Shown here: in pieces, positions 48,149 through 58,211 of the stretch
How positions within the stretch are numbered: the stretch's first letter is position 1
How the letters are laid out: every line of letters begins with the position of its first letter
Virus record (IMG/VR): IMGVR_UViG_3300025867_000005
DNA: 64,000 bases
From: a virus
Taxonomy: Duplodnaviria > Caudoviricetes
Direction: 5' to 3' (one strand)
Program-made: the position numbers and the translations under genes
The notes under the pieces: model-generated
Told to the model about the DNA's origin: nothing
Databases searched by the model: none
Seen by the model: only the letters and a program-made list of their open reading frames with translations

Positions 48149-48871
48149 TCAAGGTTCTTCCGCAGGTTCTGAAAGTGTAGAAACGAAGTAAGACAGCTTC
48201 CACCCTGCTTCCTGAATGCTGGCCGTAAAGAAGATGTCTATGGCCCCAGAACCGGAATACACAAGATTTGAAATACAGATGTTTTCTGAAGCCTGTGCAG
48301 GGGCTATGAGTGTAGGGAAAATGATGTCTTGCGGCTGCAATGAAAGATGCAGTCTATCGGAGCCAGAAGGGATATCAACGACATTCAGGGATTCGATACT
48401 CGGTTCAATGATTACTGAATATTCAAGATTGGTATACAGATTGAAATAGCCGCTGCATGCCGTATACCTTTTGCCGTTGGACAGGATAAGGACGGTTTGA
48501 AAATAGTATTGTGTCGGTTCCAGGTCTTTTGTATCAGCCGCAGTCAGGAAGAAAATGACTTCACCTCTTTCAGGAGTCCTTACGACGCCCTCAGAATAGA
48601 CACTTGTGGATTTTCGTATGATATACGTACTGCTTTTAGATGATTCCGATACATAAAACCGGGCTTCCGCTCCATTCAAGTCAATGATGTCAAGATTTTC
48701 ATCTTTCATAAAGACACGGATCATTCTGTCGTCGCCCTTGCTCATTTCGAAATTGTTATTCGGCATCTTGTAAAGTCTCCTTGGCTTCCCCGGAAAGCCG
48801 TACATCGTCGTGGTTCTGTTTATGATACCAGTCATTTGGAACGGATAGCTGTATATGATTTGATAGGCCAT
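48149..48871 (-). CDS. BppU-like (baseplate upper N-terminal Ig-like) domain protein
   Basis: KGDD...V...D.....IDLNGA.A.F...G.V.F.LT.ADT..L....YY......G..YT...G.F; start ATG 48871. Confidence 0.7.
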   Translation of the reverse strand: MAYQIIYSYPFQMTGIINRTTTMYGFPGKPRRLYKMPNNNFEMSKGDDRMIRVFMKDENLDIIDLNGAEARFYVSESSKSSTYIIRKSTSVYSEGVVRTPERGEVIFFLTAADTKDLEPTQYYFQTVLILSNGKRYTACSGYFNLYTNLEYSVIIEPSIESLNVVDIPSGSDRLHLSLQPQDIIFPTLIAPAQASENICISNLVYSGSGAIDIFFTASIQEAGWKLSYFVSTLSEPAEEP

Positions 48872-48939
48872 ATTATTAGTATGGCAAAACAAAAAACATT
48901 CTGCCTAAACCTATCTTCATTAATCAAACAAAGGAAAAA

Positions 48940-51792
48940 ATGTCAAGAATCACAATAGACCCTTCTGACCGCATGCTTGCAGTTTACGATAGTTATGAAG
49001 ATAAAGAAAGATGCCAGACCGCCGGATGCTTCTGGGACGGACTATCTAAAACATGGAAAATGTCTTTTACAATCTCCACTTTCGAAAGGCTGATTGAAAA
49101 TCTTCCGCATGCCGATATCGACCCCTGCGTTCCTTTGGCCTTGGAAGAACAGGCAGAAAAGGAAAAGAAGCTCAAGGAAATCCGCGAGTTGGCAAAAAAC
49201 AACCAAAATGTCAATTTCAGGGTTCCAGGACTCAAAGTCACTCCGTTCCCGTTTCAGAAACTAGGTATTCTCTATGCTGTTACCAACCAACAGGGAATGC
49301 TTATCGGGGATTCTATGGGACTCGGAAAGGGCTTAACCGTTGATAGTCAAGTACTTAGCCTAGCTGGTAAAGTTAGAATCGGAGACCTGAAAGTAGGTGA
49401 TAAGGTAGTCGGTAGAGACGGAGAAGAACATAATGTCACCGGGGTATATCCTAAACCGATGCAAGATGTTTATCGTGTTACTTTCAATGATGGATTCTCA
49501 CTTGATGTTGATTACGACCATTTATGGTATGTTGAATCAGCAAGTCAAAAGAAAACGAAATCGGGAAACGGTATCGTTTTGTCTATGTCTCAGCTTTTAG
49601 ACAAGAATGGCGTCGCTACCAGACAGGGAGTGGGACACAACAGCGACAAGGTTTATGAATTCAACACCTACTATAAAAAAGACAACGGGAATAATTCCTG
49701 GAGTATTCCTATCGTTTCTCCTGTTAACTTCCCTTGGAAAACTATTCAAATTGATCCTTATCTTCTAGGGGTTTTTTTGGGAGATGGATATATTTCAAAA
49801 GAAGGGGATGTTAGAATAGAGAAATTGTTTCCGGATTTAGTAGAAATGATCCCGTATAAAGAAATTAAACACGTACATGGAAGGCCGAAAGTCGGAGGAT
49901 GCTCTTTCTACAATTACAAGAAGGAACTGATTGAACTCGGTCTTAACGGGAAACGGTCTTGGGAGAAGTTTATACCAAGATGTTACAAATACAATAGCGT
50001 TGATGTAAGGCTGGGGTTGCTGCAAGGCCTTATGGATACCGATGGATGTGCAGGAGACTGTTCTACAGAGTACTGTACGGTTTCTAAGACCCTCTGTGAT
50101 GACGTTGTGGAAATCGTACAGACATTGGGAGGGATAGCAAGAATCAGTACCAAAACGCCGACATACACTTACAAGGGGGTAAAGAAGACTGGAAGGACGG
50201 CTTATCGGGTAAACATCAAACTTCCTCCTGAGATGGAACTCTTCCGTTTGAAGAGGAAAAAGGAAGTATATGACAAGTATGATAAATATTTACCAGCGCG
50301 TTACATTTCAAATATTGAGAAACTGCCCGAGAAGCAAGAGACCGTTTGTATCGCTGTAGACGCTCCTGATCATCTGTATGTCACAGAACACTGTATCGTC
50401 ACCCATAACACGATTCAGGGAATAGCGACGGCGATAGCCTTGAAGAATCAGGGCAAGATAAAGAATTGCCTTGTCATTACACCGGCAAGCTTGAAATTCA
50501 ACTGGCCTCTGGAAATAGAAAAATTCAGCAATGAAAAGTGCGTTGTCATTAACGGGAAGAAACCAGAGGACAGAATCAGCCAATGGTTTGATGACAGCGC
50601 TTTCTTCAAAATCGCGAATTATGAACTGGTAGTGGAAGATCTTGGGGCTGGGCGCGAAATCAAGATCAAGAAGTCCATGACGGCAGAGGAACAAGAAAAG
50701 GCAATGCTTCGCAAACTCCACAAACTCGTCAAACAGAAACGTTTGGAAAGCATTAAAGACAGGGTTTGGGATCTTGTTATTATGGACGAGGTGCACAGTT
50801 TGAAGCACAACGGCAGTAAGAGATATCAGGCTTTGAAGAACCTCAAAGCAAGGATTAAAATAGGTCTTTCGGGGACCCCGATGGACGGCAGGCTTGAAGA
50901 ATTGTTCAACGTCTTGAATGTCATATGTCCAGGAGTCTTAGGATCGAGAGAAATTTTCTTTAAAGACCATATGGTTACGGACATCTTCGGGACCGTAAAA
51001 GGGTATAAGAAACTTCAGGAAGTACAGGAAAAAATCGCCCCGTTCTTTATCCGTAGGTTGAAAAAAGACGTGCTGAAGGATTTGCCGGAAAAGCTGTATG
51101 AGAACAAGGTCATTTCTTTGTCTGATGAAGAAATGAAAATCTACAAGATGATTAAGGCGGGTAAACATCCTTGTGTCATCGACAAGGATGGACAACCGTG
51201 TTCTGCTATGGTAAGGGCGATCCGTTGTATGCAATTCGTCAACTTCCCGCAAATGCTTGAACCGAATTGCAAGAAGACGACGAAGCTGGATGTTTTCAGA
51301 GAAATCATAGAAGAGATTATTAAAGATAACGGACAGAAGATCATCATTTTTACTCAATTCAAGAAACTCTTGGATATTGTTGATAAAATCATGAAAGAAA
51401 TGAATTTGAAATTCCTCAGGATTGACGGAGACACAGACAAGAAGATACGCGCTGATTACCAGAAGATATTCAACGAAGACATGAGTGTTGATGCCATAAT
51501 CGGAACCGATGCTATGTCAACAGGACTTAACCTCATAGGTGGAGATACGGTTTTAAATCTGACACAGTGCTGGCAACCTGCTATTATGTCTCAAAGAGAA
51601 GACCGGAGTTATAGAATCGGAAGAAAGGGAAATGTCACGGTATTGAATTTCCTTTGCAAAGATACTATAGAAGAAAAGATCAGAAGCGCATTGTATTCAA
51701 AAGACAAAATCACTTCTGATACCTTGGGTGACGGAACCGATGAAGCGGTTCTTCTGAAGATGAGTCCGGAAGAAATCGAAAAGCTCATGTAG
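48940..51792 (+). CDS. SNF2-family helicase/ATPase with intein
   Basis: PFQ..G, GDSMGLGK|T, PASLK.NW, DEVH, LSGTP, RR.KKDV..DLP, GLNL, QREDR.YRIG. Confidence 0.92.
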   Translation: MSRITIDPSDRMLAVYDSYEDKERCQTAGCFWDGLSKTWKMSFTISTFERLIENLPHADIDPCVPLALEEQAEKEKKLKEIRELAKNNQNVNFRVPGLKVTPFPFQKLGILYAVTNQQGMLIGDSMGLGKGLTVDSQVLSLAGKVRIGDLKVGDKVVGRDGEEHNVTGVYPKPMQDVYRVTFNDGFSLDVDYDHLWYVESASQKKTKSGNGIVLSMSQLLDKNGVATRQGVGHNSDKVYEFNTYYKKDNGNNSWSIPIVSPVNFPWKTIQIDPYLLGVFLGDGYISKEGDVRIEKLFPDLVEMIPYKEIKHVHGRPKVGGCSFYNYKKELIELGLNGKRSWEKFIPRCYKYNSVDVRLGLLQGLMDTDGCAGDCSTEYCTVSKTLCDDVVEIVQTLGGIARISTKTPTYTYKGVKKTGRTAYRVNIKLPPEMELFRLKRKKEVYDKYDKYLPARYISNIEKLPEKQETVCIAVDAPDHLYVTEHCIVTHNTIQGIATAIALKNQGKIKNCLVITPASLKFNWPLEIEKFSNEKCVVINGKKPEDRISQWFDDSAFFKIANYELVVEDLGAGREIKIKKSMTAEEQEKAMLRKLHKLVKQKRLESIKDRVWDLVIMDEVHSLKHNGSKRYQALKNLKARIKIGLSGTPMDGRLEELFNVLNVICPGVLGSREIFFKDHMVTDIFGTVKGYKKLQEVQEKIAPFFIRRLKKDVLKDLPEKLYENKVISLSDEEMKIYKMIKAGKHPCVIDKDGQPCSAMVRAIRCMQFVNFPQMLEPNCKKTTKLDVFREIIEEIIKDNGQKIIIFTQFKKLLDIVDKIMKEMNLKFLRIDGDTDKKIRADYQKIFNEDMSVDAIIGTDAMSTGLNLIGGDTVLNLTQCWQPAIMSQREDRSYRIGRKGNVTVLNFLCKDTIEEKIRSALYSKDKITSDTLGDGTDEAVLLKMSPEEIEKLM
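49330..50409 (+). mobile_element. Class-3-type intein with LAGLIDADG endonuclease (360 aa, Gly1)
   Basis: Starts GLTVDS; DHLW, TVCIAV, IVTHN|T (W-C-T triplet); LLGVFLGDG and LLQGLMDTDG. Confidence 0.88.
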
Positions 51793-51800
51793 GAAGGTTT

Positions 51801-52001
51801 ATGAAAAAGAGTATTCTTAAAATCAATGAATTGATACAAGGCTTAGAAGCAAAGAAAGCAATAATTCAGGAACGGTGCAAACACGTCAATGTTAGGATCG
51901 AACATTGCGGAGATACTGGGAATTACGATCCATCGGAAGACAGATATTGGAGAACAATGTCTTGTCCTGATTGTGGAAAATATTGGGAAGAAGATGAATA
52001 G
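51801..52001 (+). CDS. Small Zn-finger-like protein
   Basis: C.H...CPDCGK. Confidence 0.65.
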   Translation: MKKSILKINELIQGLEAKKAIIQERCKHVNVRIEHCGDTGNYDPSEDRYWRTMSCPDCGKYWEEDE

Positions 52002-52023
52002 CCTATTAACAAAGGAATCATGA

Positions 52024-52284
52024 ATGTTTAAAAATGACATGGTAGAAGAGAAAAGTTGGGAAGAATTCAGAAAGTCAAAAATGCTTTGGTTCACGAATCG
52101 CTTGATTCACGTTTTCGGATGGGCGATTGTCATTGAAGATTTGGAAGCAGGCGGTTCAAGGGCGTTTCCTGCCAGAGTAAAATTCAGGGGGTTTTCTGAA
52201 AAGGTAGAAGATGAAGGTTTCATCGGAATTTCACAATACATGAAAGACAACGCGGAAGAACTTTTAAAGGAGTCAAAGGAATGA
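52024..52284 (+). CDS. Hypothetical phage protein
   Basis: 86 aa; AAGGA RBS. Confidence 0.7.
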   Translation: MFKNDMVEEKSWEEFRKSKMLWFTNRLIHVFGWAIVIEDLEAGGSRAFPARVKFRGFSEKVEDEGFIGISQYMKDNAEELLKESKE

Positions 52285-52805
52285 GAGTGATAACAGCAGT
52301 AGAACAATACGAAAAGAAACCGGGAGACATTTCGATTTTTCTTGCCGGAGGCATTCAGAACACAAAGGAATGGCAGAAAGAAGTCATTGCAAGCCTTCAG
52401 AAAAAGTTTGACAGCATAGACCAGGTTGTTGTTTTCAATCCTCGGCGTGAAAATTTTCCTATTCATGATCCGAATGCCGCACAGGAACAAATCACTTGGG
52501 AATATAGAATGCTGGAAACGGCAGATATCTTTTCCATGTATTTTGCCGGAGGCACAAGTGATCAACCTATTTGCATGTACGAACTTGGCAAACACCTTGA
52601 AAGGCGTTCAAGGAACAATGATTTAGACAGGGTTATTGTCTCTTCTGAACCGGATTACAAAAGGGTTCAGGATGTTAAAATTCAGACGCGCCTAGTCTAT
52701 CCTAAGATGGTCATCGGAGATTCTCTTGAAGATCATATCGAAAGCATAATTTCTGTGATCCGTTGGCAATTGATATTGCAAAACAAAAAGGATGGTAATC
52801 AATAA
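52281..52805 (+). CDS. Nucleoside 2-deoxyribosyltransferase-like protein
   Basis: IFLAGGI...WQ, FNPRR, QI.WE..L..AD, YELG. Confidence 0.8.
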   Translation: MRVITAVEQYEKKPGDISIFLAGGIQNTKEWQKEVIASLQKKFDSIDQVVVFNPRRENFPIHDPNAAQEQITWEYRMLETADIFSMYFAGGTSDQPICMYELGKHLERRSRNNDLDRVIVSSEPDYKRVQDVKIQTRLVYPKMVIGDSLEDHIESIISVIRWQLILQNKKDGNQ

Positions 52806-54334
52806 TGGGTGTATTCGACAGTGGAGTAGAACTTGAACGGACGGTATTGAAAAGTCTTTTGACAGACGAATCTTGTTGTCAGATCAACACGACAAAGCTG
52901 AAGGAAGATTATTTCAGCTCAGAAGCCAGACGGTTCATTTTCAATGAAATCAATCGTGAATTGCTCCAGAACAATTGTGCGTTATCAGAGCAGGTGCTGG
53001 AAAACATCATCACTTTGCAACACAGTGATGAATATGTCACATTCATGGGTGAAAAGAATTTGGTCATCAATTCCAAGCCGACCAAAAACATCAATTCGGT
53101 TATCCGGTTGCTTCATGAAATGTGGGTGGGTAGAGAGACAAATGCTTGTTTGGAATCCGTAGCAGAACTTATAGGAAGCGGCCATTTTGTGGATGCCGCG
53201 AAATTGTTCCGTCAAAAGGCTTTCACAATCCAGATTGAACAGAACATCAAAAAGACCAAGGAATTTTTCTCTTCAATCAAAGAACGTATTTCAAGAGTGA
53301 GAGACAAGAGAGATAACCCTGAAAAATACAGGGGTCTAAAAACAGGCTTTGCCACATTCGACTTACAGACCGGAGGCTTGTTTCCTGGTGAAATGACCTT
53401 GCTTGCTGGTGTAACTGGTTTGGGTAAATCAACAATTCTGAAACAGATGGAATACGGTTTGCTGATTAACAATCCAGGTAAGAACGTTCTGCATATCGCA
53501 AACGAAGAGTATGAAGAACAGGTAGATTCAAAATTCGACTCCGTGTTTACAGGGATTGATTACCATAGTTTCAAATTCGCAAGGAAAGAAGATGTTCCAG
53601 AAGAAGTACTTAAAAGCTGGGAGATACACATCGAAAAGATTGCAAAACAGTGCAAAGGCAAGCTTTATACAAAGGAAGTCCCTGCGTTTTCAGATGTCAG
53701 CATTATCAGAAGGGCAGTCCATGAACTAAAGGCACAGGGAATAGAAATCCATGCCATTTTCATTGACCATCTTCCCAACATGAAACCGGTACAACCGGCA
53801 TACGGTGAGAACAATGAGAGAGAGAAGTGCGCGGCAGAATGTAAGGAATTGGCAAGGGAATTGCAGGTTCCTGTTGTCGTCCCTACTCAGGCGGCGACAG
53901 TCGTTGAAGAAAAACAGAACAAAGGCAAGAGGGCAAGCAAATTGGACGTTTACGGTTCAAAAGCACAGATTCACCATGCCAATACGTTTTTCATTATTAC
54001 ATTCCTTGGAAAGGATGCGAAGACAATAAGAAGTGATGGAAGTCCTGAAACTCTTGATTATCTTCGGGATGTGTTTATCCTATGTGACGTTAAGAAGAAC
54101 CGTGACGGAGCTTGTTTCACCTTTAAGCTCAGGCACCACGTAAGAAACGGAAGGATGGAAGAAATAGAAATCAGCCCTGAAATCAAGAAACGCTTTGAAG
54201 AAGAAATGGCGGCAGCACTTAAATCAGGAGATTTCTCTACTTCTGTCGTTGATGAAGAAGCGCCGAAAAAGGATTCCGCAAAGGGAATTACGGTGTTGGA
54301 ACAAGATGAATCAGAGCATGGTGAAGGATTCTAA
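52805..54334 (+). CDS. dnaB: Replicative DNA helicase
   Basis: GLKTGF..FD..TGG..PGE, GVTGLGKS, IFIDH, KELAREL.VPVV..Q, KNRDG. Confidence 0.9.
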   Translation: MGVFDSGVELERTVLKSLLTDESCCQINTTKLKEDYFSSEARRFIFNEINRELLQNNCALSEQVLENIITLQHSDEYVTFMGEKNLVINSKPTKNINSVIRLLHEMWVGRETNACLESVAELIGSGHFVDAAKLFRQKAFTIQIEQNIKKTKEFFSSIKERISRVRDKRDNPEKYRGLKTGFATFDLQTGGLFPGEMTLLAGVTGLGKSTILKQMEYGLLINNPGKNVLHIANEEYEEQVDSKFDSVFTGIDYHSFKFARKEDVPEEVLKSWEIHIEKIAKQCKGKLYTKEVPAFSDVSIIRRAVHELKAQGIEIHAIFIDHLPNMKPVQPAYGENNEREKCAAECKELARELQVPVVVPTQAATVVEEKQNKGKRASKLDVYGSKAQIHHANTFFIITFLGKDAKTIRSDGSPETLDYLRDVFILCDVKKNRDGACFTFKLRHHVRNGRMEEIEISPEIKKRFEEEMAAALKSGDFSTSVVDEEAPKKDSAKGITVLEQDESEHGEGF

Positions 54335-54383
54335 ACAAGAATCTATTAATGACTGATGAACGGAAAAACAGAAAGGGAATAAA

Positions 54384-55328
54384 ATGTCAGAACACAAGCT
54401 ATTGACTCAACAGGAAACCGGAACGAAATTTGAAGGAACGTACTTTGTTTCTGCGGTTTCAATCAAGAAGACTGTCACTAAGAAAGACTATACAGAAATT
54501 ACTCTTCGTGACAAGAGTGGTGCAGTTTTCGCCAAACAGTGGGAAAACAACCAGAATGTCAAAAAGGGTGACTTTGTAGAAGCGGCAATTAGCGTTGAAG
54601 ATTACAAGGGGGCACCTTCGTATATCATTAACGAAATAAAGACCACGAATCCGCCTTTGGATATGACTGATTACTTGCCTTGTGTGGAAAACATTGAAGA
54701 AGAATTTTCGACATTCAAATCATACCTTTCGATTGTGAAGTCGATGGCTGAAGATTTGGAATCTGGAATTGAAGACGTGCTTTCCGGTGTCTTTTCAGAG
54801 GCTATTCTTCGTGCATTGAAGCGTTCCCCGTCTAGTCTCGGTGTGTTCTACGGCAAGTCTGGAAGCGCGATACAGAATTCAAACAGGCTTTACAAGATCG
54901 CGAGTTCTTTGGTAGAGACTTACGGACTGAAAGATGATGAGAAGCTAGTTCTTCTTTCAAGTTGTCTATTGTCAAGAGTCCCATGTGTGGATTGTTATGT
55001 CATGCAGGATTGCGCCCCAGAAGAGACGAAGACAGCGCGGCTTATCAATTTCAGGACCTTGATGCAGATGCGTATGTTCGAGGCGTGGAAGGGTCTTAAA
55101 TCTTCTCCGAACCGCGAATGGCTATTCCGTATCATGCACGTTCTCGGATGCAGTGAAAACGATCTAAAGCCCTGTACAAGGGAAGCGATTGTGTTCTCGA
55201 AGATTCTTGAAATCGACAACGCGATTAGTGAAAGCTTTGATTACATCGAACGTGAAGAATGTTGGGAAAACGGGTTCACTACTTATGACGTGAAAAATGG
55301 ACGCCGTTACTATGTTTCAGAAAAGTGA
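54384..55328 (+). CDS. YhaM-like OB-fold + degenerate HD protein
   Basis: L.DKSG...AK.W...Y.G OB fold and DYLP linker; HD signature replaced (LLSRV in place of LLHD). Confidence 0.7.
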   Translation: MSEHKLLTQQETGTKFEGTYFVSAVSIKKTVTKKDYTEITLRDKSGAVFAKQWENNQNVKKGDFVEAAISVEDYKGAPSYIINEIKTTNPPLDMTDYLPCVENIEEEFSTFKSYLSIVKSMAEDLESGIEDVLSGVFSEAILRALKRSPSSLGVFYGKSGSAIQNSNRLYKIASSLVETYGLKDDEKLVLLSSCLLSRVPCVDCYVMQDCAPEETKTARLINFRTLMQMRMFEAWKGLKSSPNREWLFRIMHVLGCSENDLKPCTREAIVFSKILEIDNAISESFDYIEREECWENGFTTYDVKNGRRYYVSEK

Positions 55329-56430
55329 AGAAAAGTCACAGGCATGGGAAAGATATCGGGATATCAAGTGGTTGATGGAAATCATAGATCTACCGACTTG
55401 TCTTGACCGCCTTAATATAGAAATGACGAAAACCTCTGGCTTGGAATGGGAAGGGTTTTGCCCTGATCATTTCTTGTTTAAGGGGTGTGCCCCTTCTGAT
55501 CCTAAATGGTATATCAATACCATTACCGGTGAAACATGTTGTCAGACAGAAGGAAGAGGCAGCAACATCCTATTCGTTTCAGCAAGGCTTTTGAAGTCCC
55601 CCAACAATTCTAAAATTTCTGAAGCCGATTGCGAACGTGCCGTTTCTTTCCTTGCCGGACGTGATATCAGCGAAAATGATATTTCTTTCCTAAAGACACA
55701 AAGCCTGTTGAAAAGAATAAACGGGCAAGGCAAGAAGGCAATAAGCAAAGAACAGACTTATGTTGAAGAAGTCGAAAGATATATGAAGTCCGGTTATCTT
55801 TCAAACCGCGCGATAAACTATTTCCTTTCCCCAGTAGGTAAGCCGAAAACAGATATCAGAAGGGAAACGCTTAAACACTATAACGTTTTTGAACGGACAA
55901 CAGGGAAGTATGTTAATCGGGCCACCGTACCTATTATCATGCGTGGGAAAGTAGAAGGGTTCGTGGCGATTGATATCTTGGGAAAAGAAGAATGGATGAA
56001 ACAGCATCCGACACTTGAAGAACGGGAATACAGAAAGACGATTTATCCAGGCCAAAAAGCCGGGTTTTCAAAGAAGGATGTTTTGTTCGGATATGATGAT
56101 TGCAAGAAGAATGCTGATTACATAATTCTGACAGAAGGTGCCAGAGAGGTCATGAAGCTTTGGCAAGAGGGATATTCTGATAGTCTTGCGATTCTCGGTG
56201 CGTACATGAATGATGAACAGATACTTCTGCTAACAGAACTTGCACCTTCAAAAGTCATCCTTATGTTCGACGGAGATATCGCTGGAAGGAAAATCGCGAA
56301 GACGGTAAAAGAAAAACTTGAAAAACTGTTTCCTGTTTCTATCGTATGTCTTCCAGACGGCGTAGACCCGAAACAATTAGACCACAATCAGATCAAAGGA
56401 TATTTAGAATGTGCGGAAACCCAGATATAG
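55297..56430 (+). CDS. dnaG: DNA primase (Zn-binding + TOPRIM)
   Basis: CPDH...CC, R.TVPI, LFGYD, ILTEG, LMFDGD.AG, LP.GVDP. Confidence 0.88.
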   Translation: MDAVTMFQKSEEKSQAWERYRDIKWLMEIIDLPTCLDRLNIEMTKTSGLEWEGFCPDHFLFKGCAPSDPKWYINTITGETCCQTEGRGSNILFVSARLLKSPNNSKISEADCERAVSFLAGRDISENDISFLKTQSLLKRINGQGKKAISKEQTYVEEVERYMKSGYLSNRAINYFLSPVGKPKTDIRRETLKHYNVFERTTGKYVNRATVPIIMRGKVEGFVAIDILGKEEWMKQHPTLEEREYRKTIYPGQKAGFSKKDVLFGYDDCKKNADYIILTEGAREVMKLWQEGYSDSLAILGAYMNDEQILLLTELAPSKVILMFDGDIAGRKIAKTVKEKLEKLFPVSIVCLPDGVDPKQLDHNQIKGYLECAETQI

Positions 56431-56651
56431 ATGAAATCAAGGAATTGTTAGAGCTTATTGAACAGCATCGGGTTCACGCCTTGCTGATGCCAGAAGACGG
56501 AATAAGGATAACATATTGTTACCCGAAAGGAACTGTCAGCTTCACAAACGACATGAATGAAATCCGTATCAAGACGGGAGATTACGTTTCTGTGTTCAGT
56601 AATCCATTGTCTATTCAACAAATCAAGAAGATGATAGAAAGCCTAAAATGA
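56409..56651 (+). CDS. Hypothetical protein
   Basis: 80 aa from ATG 56409 after AAGGA. Confidence 0.55.
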   Translation: MCGNPDIDEIKELLELIEQHRVHALLMPEDGIRITYCYPKGTVSFTNDMNEIRIKTGDYVSVFSNPLSIQQIKKMIESLK

Positions 56652-57517
56652 AGACTTCTGATTTTCCTTATCTTCAATTCCCGTTCTATGAATTTAATCC
56701 GGTCCAATCCAAAGTGATACCTTTGATCGAAAAGGATGGCAACCTCATTGTCTCTTTTAAGCCAGGAACCGGTAAGACAGTAATTGCTGAAGCGTGTTTT
56801 GCCTACCATCTGAATACAAGTGATAAGAAAGTAGCCTATATATGTCCTTTTAGAGCCTTGGCGAATCAGAAATTCGAATCATGGAAAGAAAAATTCCACG
56901 GATACGGGATTAAAGTAATTTCCGGAGATTCAGATACTTCGATAAGAGACGTTGGAGAAAAAGACAGGATTCTCATTTTCACCACAGAAAGCTTCGACAT
57001 GCAGGTTAAAGATTGTCATGAATATTCTTGCATCTGCTTTGATGAAGGTCATCTTGTGGGAGATCCTGAAAGAGGTAAGAGCTATGAGAGCGCAGTGATC
57101 AAAGCCGCTGAAGCATCAAGGATCATTTTGCTTTCAGGAACATTGTCAAACGCTAAAGATTTGGCGAAATGGATTAAAACAGTTTCCGGCAAGCCTACTT
57201 ATTGTTGTGAAAGCAAATGGACTCCTAACAAATTTGATGTCAGATACCACTATGTTGAAAGATATAAGGAAATTGAAACAGCCGTTAAGCTTGTTAGGGA
57301 ATACAAAAACACTAAGACGATCATTTTTGTACATTCAAAACTAGTCGGTAAATCAGTTATGGATGAATTGAAAAAGAGTAAAATCAGGGCTGTTTTCCAT
57401 AATTCCACACTCCCAGAAGGCAAACGGAAGCGGTATGAAGATTTATTCGAAAATATCTATAGCGGGATAGACGTGATCGTTGCGACATCTACACTTGCGG
57501 CGGGCGTCAATTTGTGA
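56648..57517 (+). CDS. Ski2/Hel308-like SF2 helicase, N-terminal part (Q motif to motif V)
   Basis: FNPVQ, GTGKT, P.RALA, TTE, DEGH, LSGT, FVHS, FH, ATSTLAAGVNL-stop. Confidence 0.88.
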   Translation: MKTSDFPYLQFPFYEFNPVQSKVIPLIEKDGNLIVSFKPGTGKTVIAEACFAYHLNTSDKKVAYICPFRALANQKFESWKEKFHGYGIKVISGDSDTSIRDVGEKDRILIFTTESFDMQVKDCHEYSCICFDEGHLVGDPERGKSYESAVIKAAEASRIILLSGTLSNAKDLAKWIKTVSGKPTYCCESKWTPNKFDVRYHYVERYKEIETAVKLVREYKNTKTIIFVHSKLVGKSVMDELKKSKIRAVFHNSTLPEGKRKRYEDLFENIYSGIDVIVATSTLAAGVNL

Positions 57518-57588
57518 ATTGATTTTATCCGGGAAATGGTTTCTCGGGTTTCAGAAACGTGTATAACACTAGCGAAAGGAAGAAAGAA

Positions 57589-57816
57589 ATGTTTACGAAA
57601 TATGAGTTGGTCGGGTTCAATGAACAAGGTAAGGAAAATTTCCCGGACATCGCGGATTCGGTTTTCTTGTTTGTCGCCAATATCCCCAACAATGAAAGCT
57701 ACTGTATTGTAAAGGGATTCAGGGGAAAGTATACGCTTGGAAATGAATTCGTTGAACTTTCTTCAGATTTGAGAAAGCTGACTACGGAAGAGATCGAAAA
57801 TTGGTTTTCTGAATAA
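57589..57816 (+). CDS. Hypothetical protein
   Basis: 75 aa; AAGGA RBS. Confidence 0.6.
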   Translation: MFTKYELVGFNEQGKENFPDIADSVFLFVANIPNNESYCIVKGFRGKYTLGNEFVELSSDLRKLTTEEIENWFSE

Positions 57817-57863
57817 CTGGGAGGGCTTAACAGCCCTTCATGAATTTTAACAAGGTATAAGAT

Positions 57864-58208
57864 ATGAGAACAATTATCGCTGGAAGCAGAGACTGCAAGG
57901 ATTACAGCAAAGTGATTCAGGCTATCAAGGAATGTGGATGGAAACCTACTGTTGTTATATCCGGAACAGCTTCTGGAGGAGATAGACTAGGAGAACTTTG
58001 GGCAAGGAATAACGGAATCAAGATTGAACAGCATCCTGCGGATTGGGACAAATACGGAAGAAAGAGAGCCGGATATATCAGGAATGTAGAAATGGCTGAG
58101 GTCGCGGAAGCACTTATCGCACTATGGAACGGTCAAAGCGCAGGAACGAAAGATATGATTGAAATAGCCAAAAAAAAGGGTCTAAAAATCTTTGTATTGA
58201 TGGTGTAA
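57864..58208 (+). CDS. SLOG-family (YspA/DUF2493-like) protein
   Basis: IIAGSR, VISG.A.G.D.LG..WA, ADW.KYG..AG.IRN.EM, GT..MI. Confidence 0.85.
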   Translation: MRTIIAGSRDCKDYSKVIQAIKECGWKPTVVISGTASGGDRLGELWARNNGIKIEQHPADWDKYGRKRAGYIRNVEMAEVAEALIALWNGQSAGTKDMIEIAKKKGLKIFVLMV

Positions 58209-58211
58209 TGA

